A stretch of DNA of 64,000 nt from an uncultured Gammaproteobacteria bacterium (GCA_964447765.1 CAYUTO010000001.1:28110-92109), one strand, 5' to 3'; positions 19,532 to 30,046 are shown, numbered from the stretch's first letter. A program made the numbers and translations. Notes: generated by a model from the sequence alone, not told the origin.

Positions 19532-19927
19532 ATGCTTTCGATTAGTAAACAAACTGACTATGCGGTGGAGCTCATCTTGGCGCTTTCAAAGTTGAAAGAA
19601 AGTGAACTTTTGAGTCTACGCGTCTTTTCTAAACAAAGTACCATATCATTCTTGTTTTTACAACGGATTGCCAAGTCTTTGCGTGAGGCGAGACTGATTG
19701 AAGCTGTTCGTGGAATTAATGGGGGATATCGACTATTGAAACCTGCATCAACTATTTCGTTTCGAGAAGTGATTGAGGCAGTGCAAGGACCATTTTCCGT
19801 ACTTGCATGTACCAAGAGAGAAAAGTGTGAGCTTGAGGCTATGTGCACGGCAAAGCATGGACTTCGATCTGTCGAGACTGAAATTGCGGAGCTTCTTGGT
19901 TCACGATTTGTGGTATCTCAAAATTAA
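19532..19927 (+). CDS. iscR: Rrf2-family transcriptional regulator (IscR-like)
   Basis: Rrf2 HTH at the N-terminus and three clustered Cys residues (CTKREKCELEAMC). Confidence 0.75.
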   Translation: MLSISKQTDYAVELILALSKLKESELLSLRVFSKQSTISFLFLQRIAKSLREARLIEAVRGINGGYRLLKPASTISFREVIEAVQGPFSVLACTKREKCELEAMCTAKHGLRSVETEIAELLGSRFVVSQN

Positions 19928-19928
19928 T

Positions 19929-21113
19929 ATGATGAAAAAGAAGAATCCAATCTATCTTGACTACGCTGCAGCTACTCCGGTTGATCCTCGTGTATTTGAA
20001 GTGATGAAGCCTTATTTTACTGATTCATTTACGAATCCTTCTTCACTGTACGCATCTTCCACAAAATTGTCAGAAACATATATTCAATGCAAGAAACAGG
20101 TCGCTGATTTTTTTCATACCACACCGGACAACATTACGTATGTAAGTGGGGGAAGCGAGTCTATTACCAGTGCGATTATGGGAATTGCACGTGCGCATGT
20201 GTTGCAGGGGAGACATATTATTACGACTACTATTGAGCATAGTGCTGTGCTCGAACCACTTCGTGCGCTTGAACGATATGGATTTGAAATTACCTATGTA
20301 CCTGTTGACGAACATGGTTTTGTTTCGGTTAAAGACGTTCTCAAAGCAATTCGAAAAGATACCATTCTTATTTCTATCATGCATGCTAATAATGAAATTG
20401 GTTCGATTCAGCCGATTGAAGAAATTGGGCGAGAAATTTTGAAATATAGAAAAAAAGAAAAAACTATTTTTCCTTTATTCCACGTAGACGCATGTCAAAG
20501 TATTCTCTATCTTGAGCGTTCAGTTGAAAAACTCCACGTAGACGCATTGTCATGTAACGGTGGAAAAATATACGGACCAAAATCTTCTGGAATTTTGTAT
20601 GTTCGACGAGGAATACAATTTGATCCAACGATTCTTGGTGGAGGACAGCAGGGCGGAAGACGTAGCGGAACAATCGATATGGCTATGGTTGTTGGTATCA
20701 CTGAAGCTATTAAGTTGATTCCTAAAAATTCAGAACATGAAAAAATTAAGTTGCTTCGTGACCGATTGTGGAATGGTATTAAGGTAAATATTTCTGATGT
20801 TATCTTAAATGGTCCTGACGTAAGTGATGAAAAACGATTACCAAATAATCTTAATGTTTCATTTATTGGAGCCCCTGGTGAAGCACTTGTGTTGTATCTC
20901 GATGCACAAGGAATTTGCGTCAGCACCGGATCTGCTTGTGCTGAGGATTCTCGATCAGGATCGCATGTACTTGAAGCTTGCGGGTATGAAGTATCTCGAA
21001 AAAATACTGCTATTCGGTTTACTCTTGGGAAAGATACTACTGAGGGGGAGATCAATCATGTGCTTGAGATTTTGCCTGATATTGTAGAGAAAGTTCGAAA
21101 TATGAACGCATAA
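19929..21113 (+). CDS. Cysteine desulfurase, class I (NifS/IscS-like)
   Basis: PLP-fold class V motifs, active-site STGSAC; start ATG 1 nt after the iscR stop. The ORF-track start at 19773 is an in-frame upstream extension. Confidence 0.8.
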   Translation: MMKKKNPIYLDYAAATPVDPRVFEVMKPYFTDSFTNPSSLYASSTKLSETYIQCKKQVADFFHTTPDNITYVSGGSESITSAIMGIARAHVLQGRHIITTTIEHSAVLEPLRALERYGFEITYVPVDEHGFVSVKDVLKAIRKDTILISIMHANNEIGSIQPIEEIGREILKYRKKEKTIFPLFHVDACQSILYLERSVEKLHVDALSCNGGKIYGPKSSGILYVRRGIQFDPTILGGGQQGGRRSGTIDMAMVVGITEAIKLIPKNSEHEKIKLLRDRLWNGIKVNISDVILNGPDVSDEKRLPNNLNVSFIGAPGEALVLYLDAQGICVSTGSACAEDSRSGSHVLEACGYEVSRKNTAIRFTLGKDTTEGEINHVLEILPDIVEKVRNMNA

Positions 21114-21117
21114 AACT

Positions 21118-22527
21118 ATGAGTAATAAACTTCAACCACATTTCACGATTGATCGAACTCTCTACGACGGGGCTAATGTTGATACCTCGAAATTTAAGAC
21201 GGCACCAGGATTGACTGAGCATATTGTTCGAGAAATTTCAGAGCAGAAGAGTGAACCGAGTTGGATGCTTGAGAAACGACTCAAGGCTTTTGAATATTTC
21301 AAACATACAAACCTTCCTACCTGGGGACCAGATTTGTCTGGTCTTAATTTGAACGAGATTATTTATTTTGCGCGTCCAAACACTGGTGAGTCAACCAGTT
21401 GGGATACGGTTCCTGATGATATCAAGAAAACATTTGAAAAATTGGGAATTCCTGAAGCTGAGAGAACTCAACTTGGTGGTGCTGGAGCACAGTATGATAG
21501 TGATGTCGTGTATCATAAAATCAAAGATGATCTGAAAGCTAAGGGAGTGGTATTTGAAAATATGGATGTGGCAGTACAGCAATACCCTGATTTGGTAAAG
21601 GAATATTTCATGACCCAGTGTATTCCCATTAATGATCATAAATTTATCATGTTGCATGCTGCGGTATGGTCTGGGGGTACGTTTATTTATGTTCCAAAAA
21701 ATGTAAAAGTGGATTTGCCTTTGCAAGCATATTTTAGAATGAACGCAGAAAAGGGTGGGCAATTTGAGCACACCCTCATCATTGTCGATGAAGGAGCAGA
21801 ACTTCATTATATCGAAGGATGTTCGGCTCCTCGGTATAATGCTAGTTCGCTACATGCGGGAGGAGTCGAAATTTTTGTAAAAAAAGGTGGACGATGTCGG
21901 TATTCGTCAATTGAGAATTGGTCAAAAAATACGTACAACCTTAATACTAAACGAGCACTGGTGGATGAAGATGCGGTGATTGAATGGGTAAATGGAAACA
22001 TGGGATCAGGAACAACGATGTTGTATCCTTCCTCAGTCCTTCGTGGACGAGGTGCGAGATCAGATAGTTTGGGAGTTGCATTTGCTGGACCTGGTCAGAA
22101 TCAGGATACGGGAGCCAAAGCGATTCATGTAGCTCCTGATACGAAGTCAACGATCAAGGCAAAATCTATTTCAGTAAACGGTGGAATTACGACGTATCGT
22201 GGACTCGTAAAAGTTGCAAAGAGTGCAGAGCGATCAAAAGTGTCAGTTGAGTGTGATGCACTTCTCATTGGGGACGATGCGATATCAAACACTTATCCGT
22301 ACATGAAAATAAATAATAGTACGACTGATATTGCACATGAAGCTCGGGTTGGGAAAATAGGGGATGATGAGATTTTTTATTTACAATCACGAGGACTATC
22401 AGAAGAAGCTGCAATGAATCTGGTAGTTTCAGGATTTATTGAACCAGTTATAAAATCACTTCCACTCGAATATGCACTTGAGCTGAATAAACTGATTGAG
22501 CTTGAGATGGAAGGCAGTGTAGGGTAA
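21118..22527 (+). CDS. sufB: Fe-S cluster assembly protein SufB
   Basis: 469 aa; conserved C-terminal FYLQSRGL motif and the SufB beta-helix region. Confidence 0.85.
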   Translation: MSNKLQPHFTIDRTLYDGANVDTSKFKTAPGLTEHIVREISEQKSEPSWMLEKRLKAFEYFKHTNLPTWGPDLSGLNLNEIIYFARPNTGESTSWDTVPDDIKKTFEKLGIPEAERTQLGGAGAQYDSDVVYHKIKDDLKAKGVVFENMDVAVQQYPDLVKEYFMTQCIPINDHKFIMLHAAVWSGGTFIYVPKNVKVDLPLQAYFRMNAEKGGQFEHTLIIVDEGAELHYIEGCSAPRYNASSLHAGGVEIFVKKGGRCRYSSIENWSKNTYNLNTKRALVDEDAVIEWVNGNMGSGTTMLYPSSVLRGRGARSDSLGVAFAGPGQNQDTGAKAIHVAPDTKSTIKAKSISVNGGITTYRGLVKVAKSAERSKVSVECDALLIGDDAISNTYPYMKINNSTTDIAHEARVGKIGDDEIFYLQSRGLSEEAAMNLVVSGFIEPVIKSLPLEYALELNKLIELEMEGSVG

Positions 22528-22623
22528 TAACTATATGTAACAATTTTTAAAATTAAGAAGCGCTGCGCCAGAGTCGTCGATCCCGAATGGGAGACTTGTC
22601 TGGTGCAGCGCGCATGGGTAGGG

Positions 22624-22902
22624 TCATGAGTCGTTCAGGCCGAGCTCCTTGGTCTTACTGACTCGGTTTATGAACTCGACATCTGAAGCTGGCTTTCGTG
22701 TAACTCGGGCGCAGACGTCGGCTTCAGGCTCACCATAGTATGGTTTTCCGACGATCGTGACCGTGTACACGTCTTTGTCTTCCTTGTTGAAGGAGTTGTG
22801 ATGTAGAACACCACCGAGATTCACGATGTGTTGGTTAAGTGCCGCAACAGCCGATTCTTCGTTCTTGAAGCCTTCGAACGTGATGAGTAGTTTGAACGAC
22901 AT
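22624..22902 (-). CDS. Hypothetical small protein, GC-rich cassette D, inserted between sufB and sufD on the opposite strand
   Basis: 92 aa. Own promoter TTGACT-16 nt-TAGTAT plus AAGGAGAA RBS, and a minus-strand terminator hairpin CGCTGCGCCAGA...TCTGGTGCAGCG at 22560-22615. Confidence 0.5.
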   Translation of the reverse strand: MSFKLLITFEGFKNEESAVAALNQHIVNLGGVLHHNSFNKEDKDVYTVTIVGKPYYGEPEADVCARVTRKPASDVEFINRVSKTKELGLNDS

Positions 22903-22972
22903 GCTATTCTCCTTCGGGCGGTGAAGGTGCCCGATATATCAGATACTAACATTATTTATACAAAAGTCAATT

Positions 22973-24028
22973 ATGAAATCAACTCCCTATACAATTCACT
23001 ATGGTATAGGAATGCTCATGAACTTTGAGCCGCTTCTTTATGATACGCTCAAATTTCAAGTAGGTGCGAGTATGGTCTCGCTTTCCGATTCTGAAGAGGG
23101 GAATAAAAATGTAGTTCAATCAATTTTACAAAATAATGAAAAGCTTTCTTCGGTTGTTAATAATCATCTTACTTTTTTTCCACTATTCAACTTGGTGCAC
23201 ACACAACCAACTGATGAATTTTATTTTACGATTAAAAATACTAATAACTTGACTACGCACAAACTTTTCTTAGATATACAAAATTCTTCTCGAACGCATG
23301 TGGTGATTACTGTGGAAGATGGAGCGAAAGTGACTATTGTAGAATCAATGGTTGGAAATTCATATGTGGGATATGCACTCGATATTGTAGTTGGAAAAGG
23401 GGCTGAGGTTACGTTTGTTGCACATCCGGAAAATATGAGTATGAGAACCGTACTTCGAAATGCATATGTGCAAGAAAATTCTTTGATTAAGTGGTTGGAA
23501 GGAGTTATTGAGGGACAATTGATCCAATCACATATCCGAACCTATTTATATGAACCAGGGAGTCGTGCTGAAGTAAAGGGAATATTCGCACTTTCAGGAA
23601 CTACCGTTGTAGACATGTATCACTCAATGTATCACCTCGCATCTCATACTACGTCTGACATGCTTACCAAAGGAGTTTTGCAAGGTAAGTCACGTGCTAT
23701 GTATCAGGGACTTATTCATATTGATGAGAAGGCTATCGGGTGTACGGGGTATCAGAAACAAGATAGTTTGGTATTATCGGATAGTGCGGAAGTAAATGCG
23801 GTACCAAACCTTGAAATTGAGAATAGTGATGTAAAATGTTCGCATGGAGTAACGACTGCACATATTGATGGTGAAAAATTATTCTATGCGCAGAGTAGGG
23901 GAATTAATGAGAAGGATGCAGCGCAATTATTTGTAGATGGTCATCTCTCTCCTTGTATTGATGTAATTCCAGATGAAACTATGCGAATTGGATTGCAGGA
24001 AAGAATTCATCGAAATCTAGTTGTCTAA
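22973..24028 (+). CDS. sufD: Fe-S cluster assembly protein SufD
   Basis: 351 aa; shares the C-terminal motif (LFYAQSRGI) with SufB. Confidence 0.8.
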   Translation: MKSTPYTIHYGIGMLMNFEPLLYDTLKFQVGASMVSLSDSEEGNKNVVQSILQNNEKLSSVVNNHLTFFPLFNLVHTQPTDEFYFTIKNTNNLTTHKLFLDIQNSSRTHVVITVEDGAKVTIVESMVGNSYVGYALDIVVGKGAEVTFVAHPENMSMRTVLRNAYVQENSLIKWLEGVIEGQLIQSHIRTYLYEPGSRAEVKGIFALSGTTVVDMYHSMYHLASHTTSDMLTKGVLQGKSRAMYQGLIHIDEKAIGCTGYQKQDSLVLSDSAEVNAVPNLEIENSDVKCSHGVTTAHIDGEKLFYAQSRGINEKDAAQLFVDGHLSPCIDVIPDETMRIGLQERIHRNLVV

Positions 24029-25232
24029 TATGAATAAAGATCTACGATCACCATTTAGTATCCTCAAAAACCGTCCTGAATACACGTATCTTGATAGTGC
24101 AGCTAGTGCGCTTACTCCGGATAGTGTTGTCGTAGCTATGAGTGAATATTACGAGCAGTATCGGGCTAATATTCATCGTGGTGTATATGCTGATAGCGAG
24201 AAAGCGAGTGCAGTATATGAACAGGTGAGAGAGCGGGTGGCGAAGTTTTTTGGTGCAGACAAAAATGAAATATTTTTTACGTCTGGCACGACTGATGGGA
24301 TTAATAAACTAGCGTATGGACTTGAGCATTTGATTACCAAAGGCGATGTAATTCTATTAACTGAGCTTGAACATCATGCGAATTTGATTCCATGGCAGCA
24401 ACTCGCTACTAGAACTGGAGCGACTCTTCGTTTTATTTCAGTAAACAAAGAAACATTTGAACTTGATTCTGATTTGGAAAAATATTTTGATTATAAAGTA
24501 AAGATTGTGAGTGTTACGCATGTTTCAAATACGCTTGGCACTGTTTTGCCAATTGAAAAGATCGTCAGACTTGCTCATGAGGTTGGGGCGCTTGTTATTT
24601 TTGATGCGGCACAGTCTGTTGCACATATGCAGATTGATGTGAAAAAAAATGATTGTGATTTTCTGGTTTGTTCTGGTCATAAAATGTATGGCCCAACTGG
24701 AGTTGGGATTGTATATGGTAAGACTGCTATATTGGGAAAGCTTAGCCCTGCAAGTTTTGGGGGAGACATGATTGATAGTGTGACGTATGAGGGAAGTGTC
24801 TGGGCGGAAATTCCCCGTAGGTTTGAAGCGGGTACGCCGAATATTGCAGGTGTGATTGGTCTCGGTGTTGCAGTATCTTTTATTCAAAATATTGGATTTG
24901 ATGTAATTGTTGCACATGAGAAAAATATAACCAAGAAATTGGTTGAAGCAGTGTCTGCACATGGAACATTGGTTGGTACGCATAATCTTGATTATAGAAC
25001 TGGTGTAGTATCATTTGCGATTGAGGGGATACACCCACATGATATTGCAGGGTTTTTGAATGAGAAGAATATTGCGATTCGTGCTGGTCATCATTGCGCG
25101 ATGCCACTTGTAAACAAACTAGGTCTGCCGCAGGGGACTGCACGTGCAAGTGTCGGAATATACACCACTGAAGAAGATGTTGATCGATTGGATAAAGCTT
25201 TGGGTCAACTTGTAAAAGCATTTAAGAAATAA
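24021..25232 (+). CDS. sufS: Cysteine desulfurase SufS (class II)
   Basis: HHANLIPWQ and RAGHHCA motifs typical of SufS/CsdA. Confidence 0.85.
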   Translation: MSNMNKDLRSPFSILKNRPEYTYLDSAASALTPDSVVVAMSEYYEQYRANIHRGVYADSEKASAVYEQVRERVAKFFGADKNEIFFTSGTTDGINKLAYGLEHLITKGDVILLTELEHHANLIPWQQLATRTGATLRFISVNKETFELDSDLEKYFDYKVKIVSVTHVSNTLGTVLPIEKIVRLAHEVGALVIFDAAQSVAHMQIDVKKNDCDFLVCSGHKMYGPTGVGIVYGKTAILGKLSPASFGGDMIDSVTYEGSVWAEIPRRFEAGTPNIAGVIGLGVAVSFIQNIGFDVIVAHEKNITKKLVEAVSAHGTLVGTHNLDYRTGVVSFAIEGIHPHDIAGFLNEKNIAIRAGHHCAMPLVNKLGLPQGTARASVGIYTTEEDVDRLDKALGQLVKAFKK

Positions 25233-25235
25233 GAT

Positions 25236-25607
25236 ATGGATCACGGAATGGATACAATTTATCGAGAATATATTCTGGATCTTTATCGCAATCCGAAGAA
25301 TAAAAAAAAGATTGAGGATGCTACTAATACGGTAAGCAAGAATAATCCGACCTGTGGAGATCAGATAACGATATATATGAAAGTCGAAAATGGAAAAATC
25401 GTTGAGGTGGGGTTTGAAGGAACAGGGTGTGCAATATCCCAAGCATCTGCGTCACTGTTTACCGAGCATATTAAAAATAAAGATATTAATGAGGTAAAAC
25501 AAATGAAAGATACGGATGTGCTTGGATTGCTTGGGATCGATGTGGGGATTAATCGAGAAAAATGTGCGTTACTTGTCTTCAGAGCATCTCAAGAATCACT
25601 TATATAA
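25236..25607 (+). CDS. sufU: SUF scaffold protein SufU/IscU-like
   Basis: NifU-like N-terminal domain with conserved Cys (NPTCGD, GTGCAIS). Confidence 0.75.
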   Translation: MDHGMDTIYREYILDLYRNPKNKKKIEDATNTVSKNNPTCGDQITIYMKVENGKIVEVGFEGTGCAISQASASLFTEHIKNKDINEVKQMKDTDVLGLLGIDVGINREKCALLVFRASQESLI

Positions 25608-25614
25608 ATATATT

Positions 25615-26343
25615 ATGAGTTTACATATACAAAATTTACATGTCTCAGTAGAAGAAAAACCGATCGTAAAGGGGTTGAATTTGGAAATTAAAGCAGGGGA
25701 AGTACATGCCATCATGGGACCAAATGGTTCTGGTAAATCAACATTGGCGAATACTTTGCTTGGGCACCCGAAATATACGGTTACTAGTGGAACGATAGTG
25801 GTAGATTCAGTTGATGTGACTGAGATGTCTACAGATGAGAAAGCAAAGCATGGGCTGTTTCTCTCGATGCAATATCCTCCTGAGATCGAAGGAGTGACGA
25901 TTTCTAATTTTTTGCGGCTCGCGTATAATGCACTCAAGGGCACTGCAGTGAATCCTCTTGAGTTTCATCGAAAATTAGTTGAAAAAATAAAAGAGTTTGG
26001 AATGGATCCAACATTTGCGACTCGATATGTGAACACAGGATTTTCTGGGGGAGAGAAGAAGCGGGCTGAGATTCTGCAGTTGGCAGTGCTTGAGCCAACA
26101 TACGCAGTTCTTGATGAGACTGATTCAGGTCTTGATGTCGACGCATTGAAAATCGTATCAGAGGGGATTAAAGCTTTTAAGAATGAGAAGACTGGAGTTC
26201 TGCTTATCACACACTACAACCGTATTCTTGATTATGTGGTTCCTGATGTGGTGCATATTATGATTGATGGCACTATTGTAAAAAGTGGGGGACCAGAGTT
26301 GGCGCATGAAGTGGAAAAAGATGGATATGCAACGTTTAAATAA
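25615..26343 (+). CDS. sufC: Fe-S assembly ATPase SufC
   Basis: Walker A GPNGSGKST, ABC signature LSGGEKKR and Walker B LDETDSGLD. The ATG at 25615 is in frame with the longer ORF-track call. Confidence 0.85.
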   Translation: MSLHIQNLHVSVEEKPIVKGLNLEIKAGEVHAIMGPNGSGKSTLANTLLGHPKYTVTSGTIVVDSVDVTEMSTDEKAKHGLFLSMQYPPEIEGVTISNFLRLAYNALKGTAVNPLEFHRKLVEKIKEFGMDPTFATRYVNTGFSGGEKKRAEILQLAVLEPTYAVLDETDSGLDVDALKIVSEGIKAFKNEKTGVLLITHYNRILDYVVPDVVHIMIDGTIVKSGGPELAHEVEKDGYATFK

Positions 26344-26346
26344 TAT

Positions 26347-26643
26347 ATGGTCACCAAAGAAGAAATTCTAGAAAAATTAAAAACCGTGTTTGATCCCGAG
26401 GTCCATGTAGATGTGGTTACTATGGGTCTTATTTATGATGTTCGTGTGGATGAGGTGAAAAATAAAGTTGAGGTAACTATGACGTACACCACACCATTTT
26501 GCCCGTTTGGTCCGCAGATTACTGATGAAATTCGTGAGACCATTATGTCTTTTGGGTTTGAACGAGAGTCTGTTCATATTGATGTCACCTTTGATCCACC
26601 TTGGGTAGCGCCACCAGATTTGCGGGTTGCAATGGGGGTGTGA
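26347..26643 (+). CDS. sufT: SufT/DUF59 (MIP18-family) Fe-S assembly protein
   Basis: 98 aa; DUF59 signature TTPFCPFG. Confidence 0.7.
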   Translation: MVTKEEILEKLKTVFDPEVHVDVVTMGLIYDVRVDEVKNKVEVTMTYTTPFCPFGPQITDEIRETIMSFGFERESVHIDVTFDPPWVAPPDLRVAMGV

Positions 26644-26649
26644 TACGTC

Positions 26650-26772
26650 CCTGTGTCATTCCGAGCGACCGAGTCTTCGAGGAAGTCGAGGAATCCCTTG
26701 TTTATAGTAGATATAAGCGTAATGCAAGGGATTCCTCGACTCGTCGGTTGCACTCCTCGCTCGGAATGACAG
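26650..26772. repeat. About 120-nt composite palindrome (outer 13-bp and inner 15-bp perfect inverted repeats around a 24-nt AT-rich loop)
   Basis: GTCATTCCGAGCG...CGCTCGGAATGAC and GTCGAGGAATCCCTT...AAGGGATTCCTCGAC; GC-rich relative to flanks. Lies between sufT and the next ferredoxin gene. Confidence 0.6.
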
Positions 26773-26786
26773 CTAAAATTCAAATT

Positions 26787-27089
26787 ATGAATGTACAACC
26801 AAAGAAAATCGAAGTATGTTGTGGTGGGGATTGTATGATCGCGGGTGCTCATGCTGTTTTGGGTGTACTTGAAGAAAAGTATTCGGAAACTGAAACCGAG
26901 GTTCGGATGTGTGGTTGTATTGATCAGTGCGAAAAGGCGGTAAACGTAATCGTTGACGAAAACCAAATTTTTTCGTATAGTAATCCCGCTACTATTGTTG
27001 AGAGGATAGAGAAAACTGATGGTGAACCGTATAAGAAGTTTGATACCAATAGTCTTGATCTTACGAATGATTTTTTAGGTGATTTATAG
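26787..27089 (+). CDS. Thioredoxin-like [2Fe-2S] ferredoxin (C-x4-C...C-x3-C)
   Basis: CCGGDC...CGCIDQC spacing typical of the TRX-like ferredoxin family. The start could instead be the ATG at 26766, inside the palindrome; the ORF-track start at 26601 reads through the palindrome and is rejected. Confidence 0.55.
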   Translation: MNVQPKKIEVCCGGDCMIAGAHAVLGVLEEKYSETETEVRMCGCIDQCEKAVNVIVDENQIFSYSNPATIVERIEKTDGEPYKKFDTNSLDLTNDFLGDL

Positions 27090-27091
27090 TT

Positions 27092-27382
27092 ATGTCTGAT
27101 ATCGAACCAAAACTACCTGACAATTTACCAGAAGACATATCAATGAAAATACGAAAAGGCGGAAAGATCCGTCGTATTGTGGTTGATCGCCAGGCCTGTA
27201 TTGGAGCACAGTCGTGTGTAGTTGTGGCACCAGGAGTATTTCAGATGGATGATGGGAATCTCGCGTATGTGACTGATCCTGAAGGAGCTGATGATGATAC
27301 GATCATGATGGCAGCACAAGTTTGTCCTGTACTTGCCATTTATCTCTACGATGAAGAGGGGAATAAGTTGTTTCCAAACTAA
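27092..27382 (+). CDS. Small mono-cluster [4Fe-4S]/[3Fe-4S] ferredoxin
   Basis: CIGAQSC...CP cysteine pattern (divergent Fer4-type). Confidence 0.65.
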   Translation: MSDIEPKLPDNLPEDISMKIRKGGKIRRIVVDRQACIGAQSCVVVAPGVFQMDDGNLAYVTDPEGADDDTIMMAAQVCPVLAIYLYDEEGNKLFPN

Positions 27383-27408
27383 AAACCGCCCTTTCGAGCG
27401 GTTTTTTT
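27382..27408. terminator. Bidirectional terminator AAAAACCGC-cctttcgaG-CGGTTTTTTT
   Basis: Hairpin flanked by A and T runs between convergent genes. Confidence 0.6.
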
Positions 27409-27409
27409 G

Positions 27410-30046
27410 TTACCCAATCTTCAGTCCTTCTTTTGACACATCAATGGTTACAGTATCACCCTCACCGACACTTTTCTCAATAATTTTCATTGCAAGTTTA
27501 TCGAGGAGTTCGGTCTGGATGACACGCTTGAGAGGGCGTGCTCCCAGGTTTTCATCATATCCTTTTTTGGCAAGCCAATCTTTGGCTTTGTCTGATACGG
27601 CGAGTTTGATTTTTTGTTTTTCCAGACGCTTCATTACATGCTCTAGTTGTAAATCTACAATTGAGCGAATTTGGTCTTCTTTGAGCGGGTGGAAGACAAT
27701 GATTTCGTCGATACGGTTCAAGAACTCTGGTTTGAATTGTTCGCGAAGTGCATCAAAGATTCGTTTGTTTATTTCTTCTTGCGACTGTTTATGAGCATTC
27801 GCTCCTTTTCCTTTTTCTCCAAATCCGAATTCTCCACGCTTGCCCATCTGCACAATAAGGTCACTCGCAATATTACTCGTCATGATGATGACGGTGTTTT
27901 TGAAGTTTACTTTTCGACCTTTGGCATCAGTCAGGTGTCCATCTTCTAATATCTGAAGCATGATATTGAAAATATCTGGATGCGCTTTTTCTATTTCATC
28001 GAATAGAATGACAGAGTATGGTTTTTTTCTTACAATCTCAGTGAGCTGTCCGCCTTCATCAAAGCCGATATATCCTGGAGGACTACCAATCATTTTACTA
28101 ATCGCGTGTTTCTCCATATACTCGGTCATGTCGACGCGGACGAGTGCATCTCGATCGTTAAATAGGAATTCAGCCAGTGTTTTTGCGAGTTCAGTTTTTC
28201 CGACCCCTGTTGGACCCATGAAGATAAATGATCCAATCGGGCGCTTCTCTTCTGATATTCCAGCGCGGTTTCTGCGGATTGCATTTGCGACAGCTCCGAT
28301 CGCTTCAACTTGTCCTACCACCTGTTTGCCTAGTTCAGCCTCCATTTTTGCAAGCTTGTATACTTCGTCTTCGAGCATTTTGTTTACGGGAATTCCGGTC
28401 CATTTTGACACTACTCGAGCGATGTCTTCCTCGGTCACTTCTTCTTTCAAGATTGAACTTTTCTTTTGTAGATCTGCAAGCTTGGCTTCATATTTCTTGA
28501 TCGCTTCTTCAATAACTGGAATTTTTCCATATCGAATTTCAGCAACTTTTTGTAAGTCGCCTTTACGTTCCATGATTTCAGCTTCTTGTTTTAATTTATC
28601 AATTTCTTTTTTATGCTCACGCATTTTGGTAATGATTTCTTTTTCATTGCCCCATTGCATCTCGATTTCTTTACTCTTTTCTTTGAGGTTTGCTAATTCT
28701 TCTTTGAGTAGTTTTTCACGTTCTTTGGAATCAGTATCGGTCTCTTTTTTGAGTGCACGAAGTTCAATGTCTATTTTCATTATTTTTCGTTTCATTTTGT
28801 CGAGGTCATCAGGCATGGAATCAATCTGCATTTTGAGCGCACTTGCGGCCTCATCTATCAGATCAATTGCTTTGTCTGGGAGAAATCGATCGGTAATGTA
28901 TCGGTCAGAAAAATTAACTGACGCTACAATAGCAGGATCGGTGATTCGTACCCCATGATGGATTTCATATTTTTCTTTGATACCACGTAAGATTGCGGTG
29001 GCATCATCAAGCGATGGTTCGTGTACCATGACGGTTTGGAATCTGCGCTCAAATGCTGCATCTTTTTCGATATGTTTCTGATGTTCTTTAATCGTGGTTG
29101 CACCAATAATATGGAGTTCACCTCGAGCAAGCCCAGGTTTCAGCATGTTTGACGCATCAACTGCGCCTTCTGAGCTTCCCGCACCAATGATTGTATGAAG
29201 CTCATCAATAAAGAGTACTATTTGACCGTTACTATTCGTAACTTCTTTTATTACTGCCTTAAAGCGTTCTTCAAATTCTCCTCGGAACTTGGTTCCCGCA
29301 AGGAGGGATCCGATATCAAGAGAAATTACTTCTTTGTCTTTGAGGTTTTCTGGTACATCACCATTTACGATACGCTGAGCAAGTCCTTCGACAACAGCAG
29401 TTTTTCCAACCCCTGGTTCACCAATGAGTACGGGGTTATTCTTTGTACGACGAGTGAGTACTTGCATGACGCGGCGAATCTCATCATCACGACCGATAAC
29501 TGGATCAAGTTTTTCTTTTCTGGCACGGTCGGTAAGATTCATCCCGTATTTTTCGAGTGCTTGATATTTACTTTCTGGTTCAGGTGAGTCTACTCGTTGG
29601 TTACCGCGAATTGATTGGAGGACCTTCAAGACTTCGTGGTAATTTGCGCCTTCCTGACTTAGAAAATCACTAATAGGATTTTTGCCCGTAAGAAATGCCA
29701 AAAGTAGGTGTTCTACGCTGATAAATTCATCCTTCATCTTCTGAGCTTCGTTGTTTGCATTCTGAAGAACAAAGAGTGTCGCTTGTGAGAGGGTGACTTG
29801 CCCCATACCATGTGCGCCGATTGGTTGTTTTGGTAGGTGATTGATGAGCGCTTGCGTATTACTCTTTATTTCTTCTACACGGGCGTTTAGTTTTTTGAAT
29901 ATAGAAACAACGACTCCCTCGTCCTCATTAATCAAAGCTAAGAATAGATGTGGGGGATCGATCTGCTGTTGTCCATTTTCATGGGCAATAGTTTGTGCGT
30001 TTTGAATAGCTTCTTGAGATTTGTTGGTAAAGTTTTGGGGCATCAT
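27410..30046 (-). CDS. clpB: ATP-dependent chaperone ClpB
   Basis: 878 aa; Clp N-domain, two AAA+ modules ([16 protein letters not shown]) and a middle coiled-coil. Confidence 0.95.
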   Translation of the reverse strand: MMPQNFTNKSQEAIQNAQTIAHENGQQQIDPPHLFLALINEDEGVVVSIFKKLNARVEEIKSNTQALINHLPKQPIGAHGMGQVTLSQATLFVLQNANNEAQKMKDEFISVEHLLLAFLTGKNPISDFLSQEGANYHEVLKVLQSIRGNQRVDSPEPESKYQALEKYGMNLTDRARKEKLDPVIGRDDEIRRVMQVLTRRTKNNPVLIGEPGVGKTAVVEGLAQRIVNGDVPENLKDKEVISLDIGSLLAGTKFRGEFEERFKAVIKEVTNSNGQIVLFIDELHTIIGAGSSEGAVDASNMLKPGLARGELHIIGATTIKEHQKHIEKDAAFERRFQTVMVHEPSLDDATAILRGIKEKYEIHHGVRITDPAIVASVNFSDRYITDRFLPDKAIDLIDEAASALKMQIDSMPDDLDKMKRKIMKIDIELRALKKETDTDSKEREKLLKEELANLKEKSKEIEMQWGNEKEIITKMREHKKEIDKLKQEAEIMERKGDLQKVAEIRYGKIPVIEEAIKKYEAKLADLQKKSSILKEEVTEEDIARVVSKWTGIPVNKMLEDEVYKLAKMEAELGKQVVGQVEAIGAVANAIRRNRAGISEEKRPIGSFIFMGPTGVGKTELAKTLAEFLFNDRDALVRVDMTEYMEKHAISKMIGSPPGYIGFDEGGQLTEIVRKKPYSVILFDEIEKAHPDIFNIMLQILEDGHLTDAKGRKVNFKNTVIIMTSNIASDLIVQMGKRGEFGFGEKGKGANAHKQSQEEINKRIFDALREQFKPEFLNRIDEIIVFHPLKEDQIRSIVDLQLEHVMKRLEKQKIKLAVSDKAKDWLAKKGYDENLGARPLKRVIQTELLDKLAMKIIEKSVGEGDTVTIDVSKEGLKIG

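Noticed and set aside
20507-21055. 182-aa minus-strand ORF
   Set aside because: It is antisense inside the class I cysteine desulfurase gene, with no independent signals.
27960-28958. 332-aa Ser-rich ORF on the plus strand
   Set aside because: It lies entirely antisense within clpB and has low-complexity composition, so it is treated as a spurious shadow ORF.
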